DNA of 44,529 nucleotides. Source: Chitinophagales bacterium (GTDB lineage Bacteria > Bacteroidota > Bacteroidia > Chitinophagales > Chitinophagaceae). The position numbers and the translations under genes were made by a program. The stretch covers positions 1 through 44,529 of the forward strand of contig JBBPZJ010000291.1 in NCBI GenBank assembly GCA_038199395.1, given 5' to 3'. Shown here piece after piece: positions 8,221-18,625 of the stretch (positions within the stretch are counted from its first letter, which is position 1; every line of letters begins with the position of its first letter). The notes beneath the pieces are model-generated. The model was given only the letters and a program-made list of their open reading frames with translations, ran no database searches and had not been told where the DNA came from.

Positions 8221-9864
8221 ATGGCAAAGCAAATCTTCTTCGAAATCGAGGCAAGAAATAAGATGAAGAAGGGTGTTGATACACTGGCTAACGCAGTGAA
8301 AGTAACCCTGGGACCTAAAGGTCGTAACGTAGTAATCGAGAAAAAGTTTGGTGCTCCTTCTATAACTAAGGATGGTGTCACTGTTGCAAAAGAAATCGAA
8401 CTCGACGATGCTATTGAGAACATGGGTGCTCAAATGGTGAAAGAAGTAGCTTCTAAAACTGCTGATATTGCAGGTGATGGTACTACTACCGCTACAGTTT
8501 TGGCTCAATCTATCATCAATGAAGGATTGAAAAACGTAGCTGCCGGTGCTAACCCAATGGATCTTAAGCGTGGCATAGACAAAGCAGTTGCGGCTGTAGT
8601 TGCTAATTTGAGAAGTCAAAGCCAACAAGTAGGTAACGACAGCAGCAAGATCGAACAGGTTGCTACTATTTCTGCTAACAGCGACGAAACAATTGGTAAG
8701 CTGATTGCTGAAGCAATGCAAAAAGTTGGTAAAGAAGGTGTTATTACTGTTGAGGAAGCAAAAGGTACAGACACAACCGTTGATGTTGTTGAAGGTATGC
8801 AATTTGACCGTGGTTATATAAGCCCTTATTTCGTTACTAACAGCGAAAAAATGGAAGCCGAATTGCAGAATCCTTACATTCTTATTTATGATAAGAAAAT
8901 TTCTGCGATGAAAGATATTCTTCACATTTTGGAGAAAGTTGCTCAAAGCGGTCGTCCTCTTGTTATAATTGCTGAAGACCTGGAAGGTGAAGCATTGGCT
9001 ACATTGGTTGTAAATAAATTGCGTGGTACATTAAAAGTTGCGGCTATCAAAGCTCCGGGTTTTGGTGATCGTCGTAAAGAGATGTTGCAGGATATCGCCG
9101 TTCTTACTGCAGGTACTGTTATCAGCGAAGAACAAGGTTACAAACTGGAGAATGCTGACTTATCTTACTTAGGTACTGCAGCTTCTATAACCATAGACAA
9201 AGACAATACAACTGTTGTTGGAGGTAAAGGTGAAAAAGAAAATATCACTAACCGCGTAAACCAAATCAAATCTCAAATTGAGAATACAACTTCTGACTAC
9301 GATCGTGAGAAATTGCAAGAGCGTCTTGCTAAATTAAGCGGTGGTGTTGCAGTTCTTTACGTTGGTGCTGCTACTGAAGTTGAAATGAAAGAGAAGAAAG
9401 ACCGTGTAGATGACGCCCTTCACGCAACCCGTGCTGCTGTTGAAGAAGGTATCGTACCTGGTGGTGGTGTTGCTTACGTTCGTGCTATCGAAGCTCTTGA
9501 GAGTTTGAAAGGCATAAACGAAGATGAGACTACTGGTATCCAAATCGTTAAACGTGCTATCGAAGAGCCATTACGTCAAATCGTTATTAATAGCGGTATT
9601 GAAGGTTCAATCGTAGTACAGAAAATTAAAGAAGGTACTGGTGATTTCGGTTTCAATGCCCGCACTGAAGTGTACGAAAATTTATTTGCTGCCGGTGTTA
9701 TCGACCCAACTAAAGTTACACGTGTAGCCCTCGAAAATGCTGCATCAATTGCAGGTATGTTGTTAACTACTGAATGTGTAGTAGCTGACAGACCAGAACC
9801 TAAATCTGCCGGTGCAGGAATGCCAGGTGGAATGCCAGGTGGAATGGGTGGAATGGATTATTAA
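8221..9864 (+). CDS. groEL: Chaperonin GroEL
   Basis: [22 protein letters not shown], and a GGM tail. Confidence 0.99.
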   Translation: MAKQIFFEIEARNKMKKGVDTLANAVKVTLGPKGRNVVIEKKFGAPSITKDGVTVAKEIELDDAIENMGAQMVKEVASKTADIAGDGTTTATVLAQSIINEGLKNVAAGANPMDLKRGIDKAVAAVVANLRSQSQQVGNDSSKIEQVATISANSDETIGKLIAEAMQKVGKEGVITVEEAKGTDTTVDVVEGMQFDRGYISPYFVTNSEKMEAELQNPYILIYDKKISAMKDILHILEKVAQSGRPLVIIAEDLEGEALATLVVNKLRGTLKVAAIKAPGFGDRRKEMLQDIAVLTAGTVISEEQGYKLENADLSYLGTAASITIDKDNTTVVGGKGEKENITNRVNQIKSQIENTTSDYDREKLQERLAKLSGGVAVLYVGAATEVEMKEKKDRVDDALHATRAAVEEGIVPGGGVAYVRAIEALESLKGINEDETTGIQIVKRAIEEPLRQIVINSGIEGSIVVQKIKEGTGDFGFNARTEVYENLFAAGVIDPTKVTRVALENAASIAGMLLTTECVVADRPEPKSAGAGMPGGMPGGMGGMDY

Positions 9865-9910
9865 TAAGTTGAAATTCCGAAATCTAAAATCGAAAGTAGG
9901 ATGTCGAGAT

Positions 9911-9948
9911 AAAAAATCCCTTGTTGCATGCAACAGGGGATTTTTTTT
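9911..9948 (+). terminator. Rho-independent terminator of groESL
   Basis: AAAAAATCCCTTGTTG-CATG-CAACAGGGGATTTTTTTT. Confidence 0.9.
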
Positions 9949-10220
9949 GAGAGAATATTTTTTAGAGACTCTAAAGGGGTAAGGGATAAAGAAAAAGAGC
10001 AGTTTATTTGCTTAAGATTAAAATTTCGTGTCTCTTCTTTTAGTGGTACAAGGGAAGTTCATTTTCTGATTTATCACTTATTGTAAAAAATCAAAAGAAC
10101 ATCAAGATTAGAGCTGAAAAAAAATGGGGTAATAAACCTTGGTGAGGGATATGAAGTAAATATCATATCTGACTCAAAGGCTGACTCAGCATAGCTTTGA
10201 AAATCTGGTAGGTTATGATT

Positions 10221-11138
10221 TTACTGTTTTTCTATAAAAACCTTTGAACCAAGAAATGTACTAAGCGAGTCCTTAACTCTCGTAGTATCAGAAACCCTTA
10301 TTCTCACAGGCAAAAACAAACGGTATCTTACAATTTCTCCTACATGAGTTGTGTCATACTTACTATTGTGATGATAGTTGTGCAATTGCACAGTCCTCCT
10401 ATGAGCTCTTTCTTTGCTGGTAGTGATTTCGAAAATCACTTTATAGTTTGTAGAATCATTGCGTAAACCAGCTATATCATCGACAGTTGAAGCCGACCCT
10501 GGGTTTTGAGATATTGATCGCTCAGTAGTTGGTATCGAAGAGTCCGACGGTCTTTCAGCTAACGTATCAGAAACTTCTTGTTGTCCGTCATTATTTGCAG
10601 TGGAGTGATTTGAAAGGAAATTAGAAACGCTCCATCCAATACCGCCTAAAGCAGCCAAACCGGCGACTACAACCAGTATAATAACAAATACTCTTCCTGC
10701 ATTAGATTGCGACCTTACAGGATAATTGTGTTCTGCATTTTCTCTTCTGGGGTTTAATTCCTCTTTTACCGGCAAAAAGTTACCTGGAGTAAACTCGTAG
10801 GTACCCTGGTTGTTTTTACTAAGCGTACCAATACCTTGTATAGTATAAGGCTTTCCTAAGTTGATGAACTGCTTAACGGTGGATAAGTAAGATTCGAGAT
10901 CTGAACGAATTAAAGGTTCGATTTTATGGAGCTTTTTTACCAGAAATTTGATAACATCATCATCTGCAGTGGCTTTGGGATTATATGTAAATAAGAGCCC
11001 GTCAATTGGATAATAAATCTCTTTCTCCTGCTCATTTAGCACGTTAACTTTATTATCAAGTGTAAAAGTCCCTATTCCCTCAAGCCTTAAAGTTTTGTTC
11101 TCATAAAGATAAGCGGCCAGTTGGTCATCAAATTTCAC
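10221..11138 (-). CDS. Membrane-anchored protein with N-terminal HU-CCDC81-like domains, one TM helix and a possible SPOR-like C-terminus
   Basis: Two HU-like (E/Q)GIGT motifs (LRLEGIGTF, TIQGIGTL), TM VFVIILVVVAGLAALGGIGW and a Ser/Thr-rich linker. Confidence 0.7.
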   Translation of the reverse strand: MKFDDQLAAYLYENKTLRLEGIGTFTLDNKVNVLNEQEKEIYYPIDGLLFTYNPKATADDDVIKFLVKKLHKIEPLIRSDLESYLSTVKQFINLGKPYTIQGIGTLSKNNQGTYEFTPGNFLPVKEELNPRRENAEHNYPVRSQSNAGRVFVIILVVVAGLAALGGIGWSVSNFLSNHSTANNDGQQEVSDTLAERPSDSSIPTTERSISQNPGSASTVDDIAGLRNDSTNYKVIFEITTSKERAHRRTVQLHNYHHNSKYDTTHVGEIVRYRLFLPVRIRVSDTTRVKDSLSTFLGSKVFIEKQ

Positions 11139-11255
11139 AAGTAAAAAATTTATATTTCGTAAACTTAATCAATTGGAAAGGAAAAGCATAACCTTTCAAA
11201 TATCTCTTCAATCAAAAGCTTCTGCAATGTAGCTTTTTTGATGTTACCTTTACAT

Positions 11256-11630
11256 ATGCTGACAGAAGAGGAAGAAAATTTCTTAATCTATTGGAGAAAT
11301 AACAGAGAGAAGAAAACTACATTTTTAAGTCAACTTCATTTCGGCCTGCCGCTTGGTTTATTAATTGGCATCGGTATTCTTTTAAATTATATTTCTGGCT
11401 GGTATACGAGAGCCACTATGGTGGCGAATAGTCAATCTACTCCTATCGTATTAGTTCTAGCCGTTATTCTTATCACTATTTTTTGTAGCATTTTTTACAG
11501 GCGTTTCAGATGGGAGATGAATGAACAGCGTTTTTTAGAATTATCTTATAAAAAGAAATTGGAAAAATCTTCAGCACTTATGCAGCAAGACGACGATATA
11601 AAGAGTCAAATAGGCAAGGAAACTGAATAA
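11256..11630 (+). CDS. Hypothetical two-TM membrane protein
   Basis: MLTEEEENFLIYW..., two TM helices, WEMNEQRFLEL. Start inferred at 11256. Confidence 0.75.
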   Translation: MLTEEEENFLIYWRNNREKKTTFLSQLHFGLPLGLLIGIGILLNYISGWYTRATMVANSQSTPIVLVLAVILITIFCSIFYRRFRWEMNEQRFLELSYKKKLEKSSALMQQDDDIKSQIGKETE

Positions 11631-11647
11631 CAAAAGGTAAGACTGAA

Positions 11648-12118
11648 ATGAAGGATTTTCTATGGGTGTTGATTTTTCTTGTGTTTACCGGCTCATGTTC
11701 AAAAAAACAGCAAGGTTGCATGCCTGTTTCTCCTCTAGCGGAAGAAGCTCAGATCACTACTTATGCAGCTACAAAGGGAATAGCAGCCCAAAGACATACG
11801 AGTGGTATCTATTATCAGATAATCGATCCTGGAACAGGAACAGCTCAAGTTACTCTAAATTCGAAAGTTTATATTACCTACATAGGCCAACTTCTCAATG
11901 GCAGTCAGTTTGATCAGGGCATGGATGCATCTAAAACAGGATGGAAATTAGGAGGTTTAATAGAAGGGTGGGGACTTGGCTTGCCTTTAATAAAAAAAGG
12001 CGGTAGAATTAAGCTTATCATTCCTTCTTCATTGGCTTATGGTTGTAATGGTTTAGGTGAAAAAATTCCGCCAAATTCAGTACTCTATTTCGACATTAGC
12101 TTGATAGACGTACAATAA
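11648..12118 (+). CDS. FKBP-type peptidyl-prolyl isomerase, lipoprotein
   Basis: Lipobox TGSC; YIGQLLNGSQFD, LIEGW, IPSSLAYG and IPPNSVLYFDI. Confidence 0.93.
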   Translation: MKDFLWVLIFLVFTGSCSKKQQGCMPVSPLAEEAQITTYAATKGIAAQRHTSGIYYQIIDPGTGTAQVTLNSKVYITYIGQLLNGSQFDQGMDASKTGWKLGGLIEGWGLGLPLIKKGGRIKLIIPSSLAYGCNGLGEKIPPNSVLYFDISLIDVQ

Positions 12119-12123
12119 ATAAT

Positions 12124-12162
12124 AAAAAAACCAGCGTTATAGTTACTACAAGCCGGTTTTTT
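12124..12162. terminator. Possible bidirectional terminator between the FKBP gene and nagB
   Basis: AAAAAAACC...CGGTTTTTT flanking an imperfect stem between convergent genes. Confidence 0.4.
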
Positions 12163-12226
12163 AATCTTCTACATCAGGTATTTCAAAAACAATATTTTTT
12201 TGCAATATTGCAGAATGAGAATTGGT

Positions 12227-14152
12227 TTAGTAATGATAGCGCACAAATGCTTCTATTGCTGAATACTGTGTCATACCTAATTGGGCATACAGGTCAGCGG
12301 TATTTTTATTTCTTTCTTCAGCCCTCTGCCAGAACTCACGACTGTCGCTACCCTGAAATGGAACCATGTCTTTTTGAGATTGATGAATAAAAATTCCAAA
12401 TCTTTTCTTCAGCAACTGATCAGGACTCATTGGTATTGCCATTTCAATTTCAGATATACTCCATTCCTGCCACGCACCTTTATACAACCACATCCAACAG
12501 TCGTTTACCCAATCTTCTGCTAACTCTTTCAACCTCCTCATACTTTCAAAAATGATATCAAGGCAAACTTTATGGGTGCCGTGCGGATCGGCCAAGTCCC
12601 CGGCACAATAAATTTGATGTGGTTTTATCTTTCTTAAGATATCCATTGTTATCCACACGTCTTCTTCTCCCATTGGTTTTTTTTCTACTGTTCCTGTCTC
12701 ATAAAAAGGCAGGTTAAGAAAGTGTGCCCTATCGTCTGTTATTCCTGCGTAACGACAGGTTGCTTTTGCTTCACATCTTCTTATCAAACCCTTGATTGCC
12801 CTGATTTCCGGCGTATCTCTTTCGTTTTTTCTCTTTCTTGCAAGAAACATCTGAGCGGAAGACAAAAGCTCTTTACTTGTGTTGTTGTCGATGCCAAACA
12901 TATCTTCAAATCCAACAGCAAAGTCAAGAAAACGGGTTACGAACTCATCTGTTACCGCAATATTTCCGCTGGTTTGGTAAGCAACATGTACTTCATGGCC
13001 CTGGTCAACTAAACGCATAAAAGTACCACCCATGCTAATTATGTCATCATCAGGATGCGGTGAAAATATTATACACCGTTTTGGTTGGATCTCGCTACGC
13101 TCAGGATGTCCCGGAATTACCGAGTCGGGTTTGCCACCTGGCCAACCGGTGATGGTGTCTCGCAGCATGTAAAAAACCTGCAGGTTAATCTCATAAGCAT
13201 CGCCTTTTTCAACCAGCAAATCACCCAACCCATTTTCATTGTAATCGTAGGTAGTAAGGCTCAACACCGGCTTTTTTGTTTTCAAAGCCAGGTTTACCAC
13301 CGCTTTTTTTATGCTTGCCGGCGTCCATTCTATTTCACCTGTCAGCCAGGGCGATTTAAACCTTGTAAGTTCTGCCGCTGCAGATTCATCTATTACAAAA
13401 GTGCAGTCGTTGTGTTGCTGTAGAAAACTTGCAGGAACATGCTCTGTCATGTCTCCCTCAACTGACTGCGCGACGATCGCATCCTTCGTGCCCCACGCCA
13501 TTAAAAATATTTTTTTTGCTTTCATAATGGTGTTAAGTCCCATTGTGATCGCTAATCTTGGTACGTGAGATATATTTTGAAAATCCCTTTTATTAGCAAT
13601 ACGCGTGCTGTTGTCAAGTGTAATAAGCCTGGTCTTCGAGAATATGCTGGAACCAGGCTCATTGAAACCAATGTGACCATTGTTACCGATACCCAAAATT
13701 TGTATATCAACTCCACCCTTTGCCTCAATTAATTGTTCATATTCCTGGCAATGCTTTTTAATTTGTTCTTTTGGCAATTCTCCGTTGGGAATAAAAATAT
13801 TAGCAGGGTCTATATCTATATGATCGAATAGTTGGCGGTGCATGAAGCTGTAGTAACTCTGGTAAGCTTCTTTTTCTATCGGGTAATATTCATCGAGATT
13901 AAATGTCGTTACGTTTTTAAAACTTAACCCTTCTGTTTTATGCATTCTAACCAACTCTTTATATAAGGAGACAGGTGTAGAGCCGGTAGCCAGGCCCAGC
14001 ACTATAGGTTGCCCATTTGCCTGGGTTTCTCTTATTTTGCGTGTAATCTCTTGCGCAACGAAGGCAGAACCATCTTTTGGTGTTGGGAAAATTTTTACTG
14101 GAATTTTTTCGAAGCTGTCGGTAAGATCTACGTTTAATCTCGGATTTTGCAT
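12227..14152 (-). CDS. nagB: Glucosamine-6-phosphate deaminase fused to a C-terminal PIG-L/LmbE-like deacetylase domain
   Basis: GLATGSTP, FNLDEY and GIGNNGHIGFNEP; C-terminal SPHPDDD and DPHGTH. Confidence 0.93.
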   Translation of the reverse strand: MQNPRLNVDLTDSFEKIPVKIFPTPKDGSAFVAQEITRKIRETQANGQPIVLGLATGSTPVSLYKELVRMHKTEGLSFKNVTTFNLDEYYPIEKEAYQSYYSFMHRQLFDHIDIDPANIFIPNGELPKEQIKKHCQEYEQLIEAKGGVDIQILGIGNNGHIGFNEPGSSIFSKTRLITLDNSTRIANKRDFQNISHVPRLAITMGLNTIMKAKKIFLMAWGTKDAIVAQSVEGDMTEHVPASFLQQHNDCTFVIDESAAAELTRFKSPWLTGEIEWTPASIKKAVVNLALKTKKPVLSLTTYDYNENGLGDLLVEKGDAYEINLQVFYMLRDTITGWPGGKPDSVIPGHPERSEIQPKRCIIFSPHPDDDIISMGGTFMRLVDQGHEVHVAYQTSGNIAVTDEFVTRFLDFAVGFEDMFGIDNNTSKELLSSAQMFLARKRKNERDTPEIRAIKGLIRRCEAKATCRYAGITDDRAHFLNLPFYETGTVEKKPMGEEDVWITMDILRKIKPHQIYCAGDLADPHGTHKVCLDIIFESMRRLKELAEDWVNDCWMWLYKGAWQEWSISEIEMAIPMSPDQLLKKRFGIFIHQSQKDMVPFQGSDSREFWQRAEERNKNTADLYAQLGMTQYSAIEAFVRYHY

Positions 14153-14198
14153 GAATCGTTATTTATATTTCTCTGGATAAATGTTACTATTTTATAAA

Positions 14199-14320
14199 AT
14201 CAGGCGCACTCACTCATTACCTTATACTCTATTGAACCCGAAATCAGTGGGTCCATTTTCGTTGCCGCAAAAAATTATATCAGATGTTTAATTAAATTTT
14301 GACAGTGCTCTCGCGCCTAA
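14199..14320 (-). promoter_or_regulatory. Candidate structured 5' leader of nagB (unassigned)
   Basis: On the minus strand a 9-bp closing stem TTAGGCGCG/TGCGCCTGA encloses the hairpin TGGACCC/GGGTTCA and an AT-rich stem. The stems are GC-rich within an AT-rich spacer. Confidence 0.35.
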
Positions 14321-14523
14321 TGTCGAGTCGTGCAAGATGCGAATGTATAAAAAATAGAGTTGGTGTAGGTGCGAAACAATAAATAGTAGCAGTAAAATAT
14401 GGTATCACTTTGCTTCATCGCTCAGTGCCATGGAAGTAAACATGGTAAACGTTACATAAATACTTCTAAATAAAAAATTCCCAATATCTATTAGTGAGGA
14501 TTTTGTAAATTTAATTGGATAGT

Positions 14524-16008
14524 TTATTCCACTTTTGAAATTTTTAATATGTTCGTAGGCACATGAAGATGAACCGGAGTGCTACCAGTGTTTACTACTG
14601 TATCGCCGGTTTTCAGATATCCTTTTTCTTTTAAAATAGTAATCTGATCTTCAATAATAGAATCGAGGCTTTCTTCTTCGGTATAGAAAAACGCTCTTAC
14701 GCCCCAACTTAAACTTAATTGATTGATTAAAGACTTTTCTTTGGAAAAAATGAATAAAGGTGACTTAGGCCGATAGCTACTTAACACAAAACCTGTATAG
14801 CCACTTTTTGTCATACCTATGACAGCGTCGGCATTTACATCTCTTGCTATCTTGCAGGCGTTGTAACACACGGCATCACTTAAGAAAGATGGAGAATGAA
14901 TTTGCGGTTTCAAATCTTCTTCACGATTGTATCGATATTCTTTTTCTACTTCAGCAATAATCTTAACCATCGTTTGCACCACTAAGGCGGGATGCTGCCC
15001 CGTCGCTGTTTCACCACTTAACATCACAGCATCGGTTCCTTCTAATACCGCATTCGCTACGTCTGTGATCTCACTTCTGTTCGGTTTCACGCGGTCAATC
15101 ATACTTTCCATCATTTGGGTAGCTACTATGACTGGTTTTGCACGGTGAAGGCATTTTTTGATAATGCTTTTTTGAATCATTGGCACTTTTTCAACAGGCA
15201 TTTCTACTCCCAAATCTCCTCGTGCAATCATAATAGCATCACTTGCGTTAATGATATCACGAATGTTGGCAATTGCTTCAGGTTTCTCAATTTTTGCAAT
15301 AATCTTTGACTTGCTTTGTTTTTCATCTAATTTATCTCTTAGAATTTGTATGTCATTTACACTTCTCACAAAAGATAAGGCAACCCAGTCAAGTTCCTGC
15401 TCTATGATAAAAGCAAGGTCTTCAAGATCTTTGTCTGTTAATGCCGGTAAAGAAATTTTGGTGTCAGGAAGGTTGATACCTTTTTTTGATGACAGAACGC
15501 CGCCAAGAGTTACTTCGACCTTTACATCTCCATTACTTAAAATGTCTGAAACTTTTACTTCTAGCTTACCATCATCAATTAAAATAATGTTTCCAATTTT
15601 TACATCGCCCGCTAAATTGGGGTACGAAACATAGATCCTTTCCAGTGTACCAATGCATTTTTCGTTGGTAAACGTCAGTATATCGCCGACTTCAACTTTG
15701 AGGGCATTGTTAGCTATCTCGCCAACCCTTAGTTTAGGTCCTTGAAGGTCTCCTAAAATTGAAATATTTAAAGACTCGGCATCATTCAAGTTCCTGATAT
15801 GTTGTATAATCTGTGATTTATCTTCATGACTACCATGAGAAAAGTTCAGACGAAATACATTTACCCCCGCATGTACAAGATCGAGCAGCTTGTCGTAAGT
15901 ATCACAGGCAGGGCCAACAGTGGCAACAATTTTCGTCCTGTGGGTCATCTTTTCCATTAAAGCACGATTTTCTGTTTGCTTGCACGAGGTTTCAATTTCT
16001 TGTAACAT
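14524..16008 (-). CDS. pyk: Pyruvate kinase
   Basis: TKIVATVGPA, RLNFSHG, DLQGPKLR, ARGDLGVE, ATQMMESM and MLSGETA. Confidence 0.98.
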   Translation of the reverse strand: MLQEIETSCKQTENRALMEKMTHRTKIVATVGPACDTYDKLLDLVHAGVNVFRLNFSHGSHEDKSQIIQHIRNLNDAESLNISILGDLQGPKLRVGEIANNALKVEVGDILTFTNEKCIGTLERIYVSYPNLAGDVKIGNIILIDDGKLEVKVSDILSNGDVKVEVTLGGVLSSKKGINLPDTKISLPALTDKDLEDLAFIIEQELDWVALSFVRSVNDIQILRDKLDEKQSKSKIIAKIEKPEAIANIRDIINASDAIMIARGDLGVEMPVEKVPMIQKSIIKKCLHRAKPVIVATQMMESMIDRVKPNRSEITDVANAVLEGTDAVMLSGETATGQHPALVVQTMVKIIAEVEKEYRYNREEDLKPQIHSPSFLSDAVCYNACKIARDVNADAVIGMTKSGYTGFVLSSYRPKSPLFIFSKEKSLINQLSLSWGVRAFFYTEEESLDSIIEDQITILKEKGYLKTGDTVVNTGSTPVHLHVPTNILKISKVE

Positions 16009-16089
16009 TTTTGTTGTATTGTATTAATAAGGTTAATGATTTTTTTGAAGGGATTGGATGGAATTAACCAACAAATTGTTTCCCTGGTT

Positions 16090-17073
16090 TTAGCTAGCTA
16101 AAATTTTTACAATTTTAAGCCATTGATTACTTAATTTCTGTTTTGCTTTAATTGCATGATCAAGCGGAGTGTAATGAAGTTTATTATTTACAATACCAAC
16201 CATTACATTATATCTTCCCTGTATCAGACTTTCCACGGCATGATAGCCCATTCTACTCGCGATAAGCCTGTCTAGACATGTGGGTGCACCACCACGCTGA
16301 ATATGACCCAGTATACAAACCCTGGTATCTATATTAGGAAGGCGTTGTTTCACGATGCGGGCAATCTCATTACCACCTCCAAATTCATCGCCTTCGGCAA
16401 CTACTACCAGGTTTACCAGTTTTCTTCTTTTTTCTTTCTCCCCAAGAGAATTTACCAATTCATCAATATTGGTTTTTGTTTCGGGTATAAGAATGTTCTC
16501 TGCACCAGTGGCAATACCACTATGTAAAGCTATGTAACCGGCATCCCGACCCATCACTTCTACTATAAACAGGCGGTCATGTGCGTCAGCAGTATCTCTT
16601 ATTTTATCAATAGCTTCTACCGCTGTGTTAACCGCTGTGTCAAATCCTATCGTAAAGTCGGTGCCTGCTATATCTTTGTCTATCGTTCCTGGTAATCCTA
16701 TACATGGAATGTCGAACTCGTTACTAAATTTTTGTGCGCCCTTAAAACTTCCATCACCACCAATAACAACTAGTCCATTAATTCCTCTTTTTTTCAAGTT
16801 TTCGTACGCTTTTACACGGCCGGCCGGTTCTCTAAATTCGTTGCTCCTCGCACATTTTAAGATGGTTCCGCCACGTTGAATGATGTTTGCAACGCTTCTG
16901 CTTTCCATTTGAAAAATGTCATCATCAATCATTCCGCTATATCCTCTCATTACACCAAACACTTCTAAACCATGATATATACCCGTGCGAACCACCGCTC
17001 TTATTGCTGCATTCATTCCCGGGCTATCTCCACCCGATGTTAAGACACCTATTTTTGTAACTTTTGTCGGCAT
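16090..17073 (-). CDS. pfkA: ATP-dependent 6-phosphofructokinase
   Basis: LTSGGDSPGMN, GGDGS, PGTIDKDI, EVMGR and LGHIQRGG. Confidence 0.98.
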   Translation of the reverse strand: MPTKVTKIGVLTSGGDSPGMNAAIRAVVRTGIYHGLEVFGVMRGYSGMIDDDIFQMESRSVANIIQRGGTILKCARSNEFREPAGRVKAYENLKKRGINGLVVIGGDGSFKGAQKFSNEFDIPCIGLPGTIDKDIAGTDFTIGFDTAVNTAVEAIDKIRDTADAHDRLFIVEVMGRDAGYIALHSGIATGAENILIPETKTNIDELVNSLGEKEKRRKLVNLVVVAEGDEFGGGNEIARIVKQRLPNIDTRVCILGHIQRGGAPTCLDRLIASRMGYHAVESLIQGRYNVMVGIVNNKLHYTPLDHAIKAKQKLSNQWLKIVKILAS

Positions 17074-17146
17074 GATAAGCTATAAGTTCTTTTAATTTTC
17101 TTGTAAGCAGTATAAAAAGTAATATGTGTATTTTAAACACGGAGCG

Positions 17147-17154
17147 CAAAATTA
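17147..17154 (-). promoter_or_regulatory. Bacteroidota housekeeping -7 promoter element for pfkA
   Basis: TAATTTTG matches the TAnnTTTG consensus about 75 bp upstream of pfkA. Confidence 0.55.
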
Positions 17155-17456
17155 AGCATTTACTCTTAAACGAAATTCGGATGTACTCTTTTGCCGGTTC
17201 TATTTACAATAATTGTGGGCTTAGGCCTTTTCTATTATTTATAGCAGAAAACTACTCTTGTCCTCATCTTTGGCCTGAGCCTGGCAAAAATATCACGCCA
17301 GATTTTTTAAATCCGCTTGCAAAAATTTTTCCTGCTGACTGGTCCTATGATAAAATACTACTGATGTAATTTGAACATCATAAGGTGAGCGTCGATGCAA
17401 AAGGTTTGATGAGGAATAGATGGCGTAAGAATTGTATTCTTCAAAAAAATATTTAA

Positions 17457-17645
17457 ATGAACAAGGATAAAAATAAGGGCCTTGCAGACAATAACGGCGG
17501 CAAATTTATTTTGAACGAAAGCGGCACATCTGTTACTATTGATGCAGAGGGTGAATTTTCAGAAGATAAAGCTATTGATGAAGCTGATAAGCAAGTAAAT
17601 GAAAGTTTCATAAAGAAACCAGAAAATCATGAAAAAAAGGATTGA
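17457..17645 (+). CDS. Small acidic hypothetical protein (62 aa)
   Basis: A-rich initiation region and hydrophilic composition; sigma54-like motif at 17421-17436. Confidence 0.6.
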   Translation: MNKDKNKGLADNNGGKFILNESGTSVTIDAEGEFSEDKAIDEADKQVNESFIKKPENHEKKD

Positions 17646-17677
17646 AAATACAGCTCTTATTGTGCTTTAAATATGCT

Positions 17678-18625
17678 TTAATTCATCAGTAAAATATTTA
17701 CACTTCGTTGTAATATATTGAAAGCAATTTCTGCCATTAAGTTTTCTCTGTCTAAGGTTGGATTGACCTCAGTAATTTCAAAACAGCAGATTTTTCGATT
17801 CTGCATAAACTTGCTAACAAGGTCCTCTGCTTCTCTTTCTCGCAGCCCATTGCTCACAGGTGTTCCTGTTCCTTTTGTTATAGTTGAATCAAGGCAGTCA
17901 ACGTCGAAACTGACATATAGGTCGGTGCAATTGCTTAAGTGTCTGACTACAGATCGAACGACACTTTCCGGTCCTTTTCTTCGCACTTCAGCGGTAGAAA
18001 TTACCTTCATTCCATGTTTATCTATTAATGCTTTCTCTTCCCGTTCATAATCGCGAAGCGAAATAAAAACGATGTCTTCGCCCAGTACTTTAGGAGATAT
18101 GTTACCAAGGTTTTGCAGATGATGCCAATATTTTTCGGTCTCTCTGTCTAACTCATGGGCACTGCTTTCTGCATTATCTTCTGCTAAGGCGGTAGCCAAA
18201 GACATTCCGTGCATATTGCCTGACGGAGTAGTATACGGAGTATGTAAGTCGGCATGTGCGTCTATCCAGATTATACCGATTCTCGATTCTGGCTTTGCCA
18301 TTTTGATACCTGCTATAGTTGCACCCGCTATGCTATGATCGCCACTTAAAACAACAGGAAAAAAATTATTTTTGATAGTCGTCATCACCGACTTGCTGAC
18401 CCGCTCATACATTGTGCAAATACCTTTGATTCGTTTTGCATAAGGAGAAGAAATTGGTTCGAAAAGAATATTATTTTCTGTAGTAATTTTTTCAGAAGGA
18501 AAGTGAACAAAAAAATTACTCATAAAATCGAGTGCTGCGATTTTTATCGCATCTATGCCCAGGCTAGCTCCACGGGTGCCGGCTCCAATTTCTGACGCAA
18601 CTTCAATTAACTTAATATTCTTCAT
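17678..18625 (-). CDS. rocF: Arginase
   Basis: SGDHS, DAHADLH, SGNMHGM, SFDVDCLD and EVNP. Confidence 0.92.
   Translation of the reverse strand: MKNIKLIEVASEIGAGTRGASLGIDAIKIAALDFMSNFFVHFPSEKITTENNILFEPISSPYAKRIKGICTMYERVSKSVMTTIKNNFFPVVLSGDHSIAGATIAGIKMAKPESRIGIIWIDAHADLHTPYTTPSGNMHGMSLATALAEDNAESSAHELDRETEKYWHHLQNLGNISPKVLGEDIVFISLRDYEREEKALIDKHGMKVISTAEVRRKGPESVVRSVVRHLSNCTDLYVSFDVDCLDSTITKGTGTPVSNGLREREAEDLVSKFMQNRKICCFEITEVNPTLDRENLMAEIAFNILQRSVNILLMN

Noticed and set aside
8206-8946. 246-aa antisense ORF within groEL, and similar shadow ORFs in nagB, pyk, pfkA, prmA, dnaG and susC
   Set aside because: Typical antisense open frames produced by codon bias in real genes; no motifs.
9817-9855. 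12-bp repeats at the groEL 3' end
   Set aside because: They encode the ordinary Gly-Gly-Met tail.
14165-14320. glmS ribozyme or SAM-I riboswitch upstream of nagB
   Set aside because: The glmS core (AGCGCC...GACGAGG) is missing, and the SAM-like TTATCCAGAG is not followed by the rest of the aptamer. Kept only as an unassigned structured leader.
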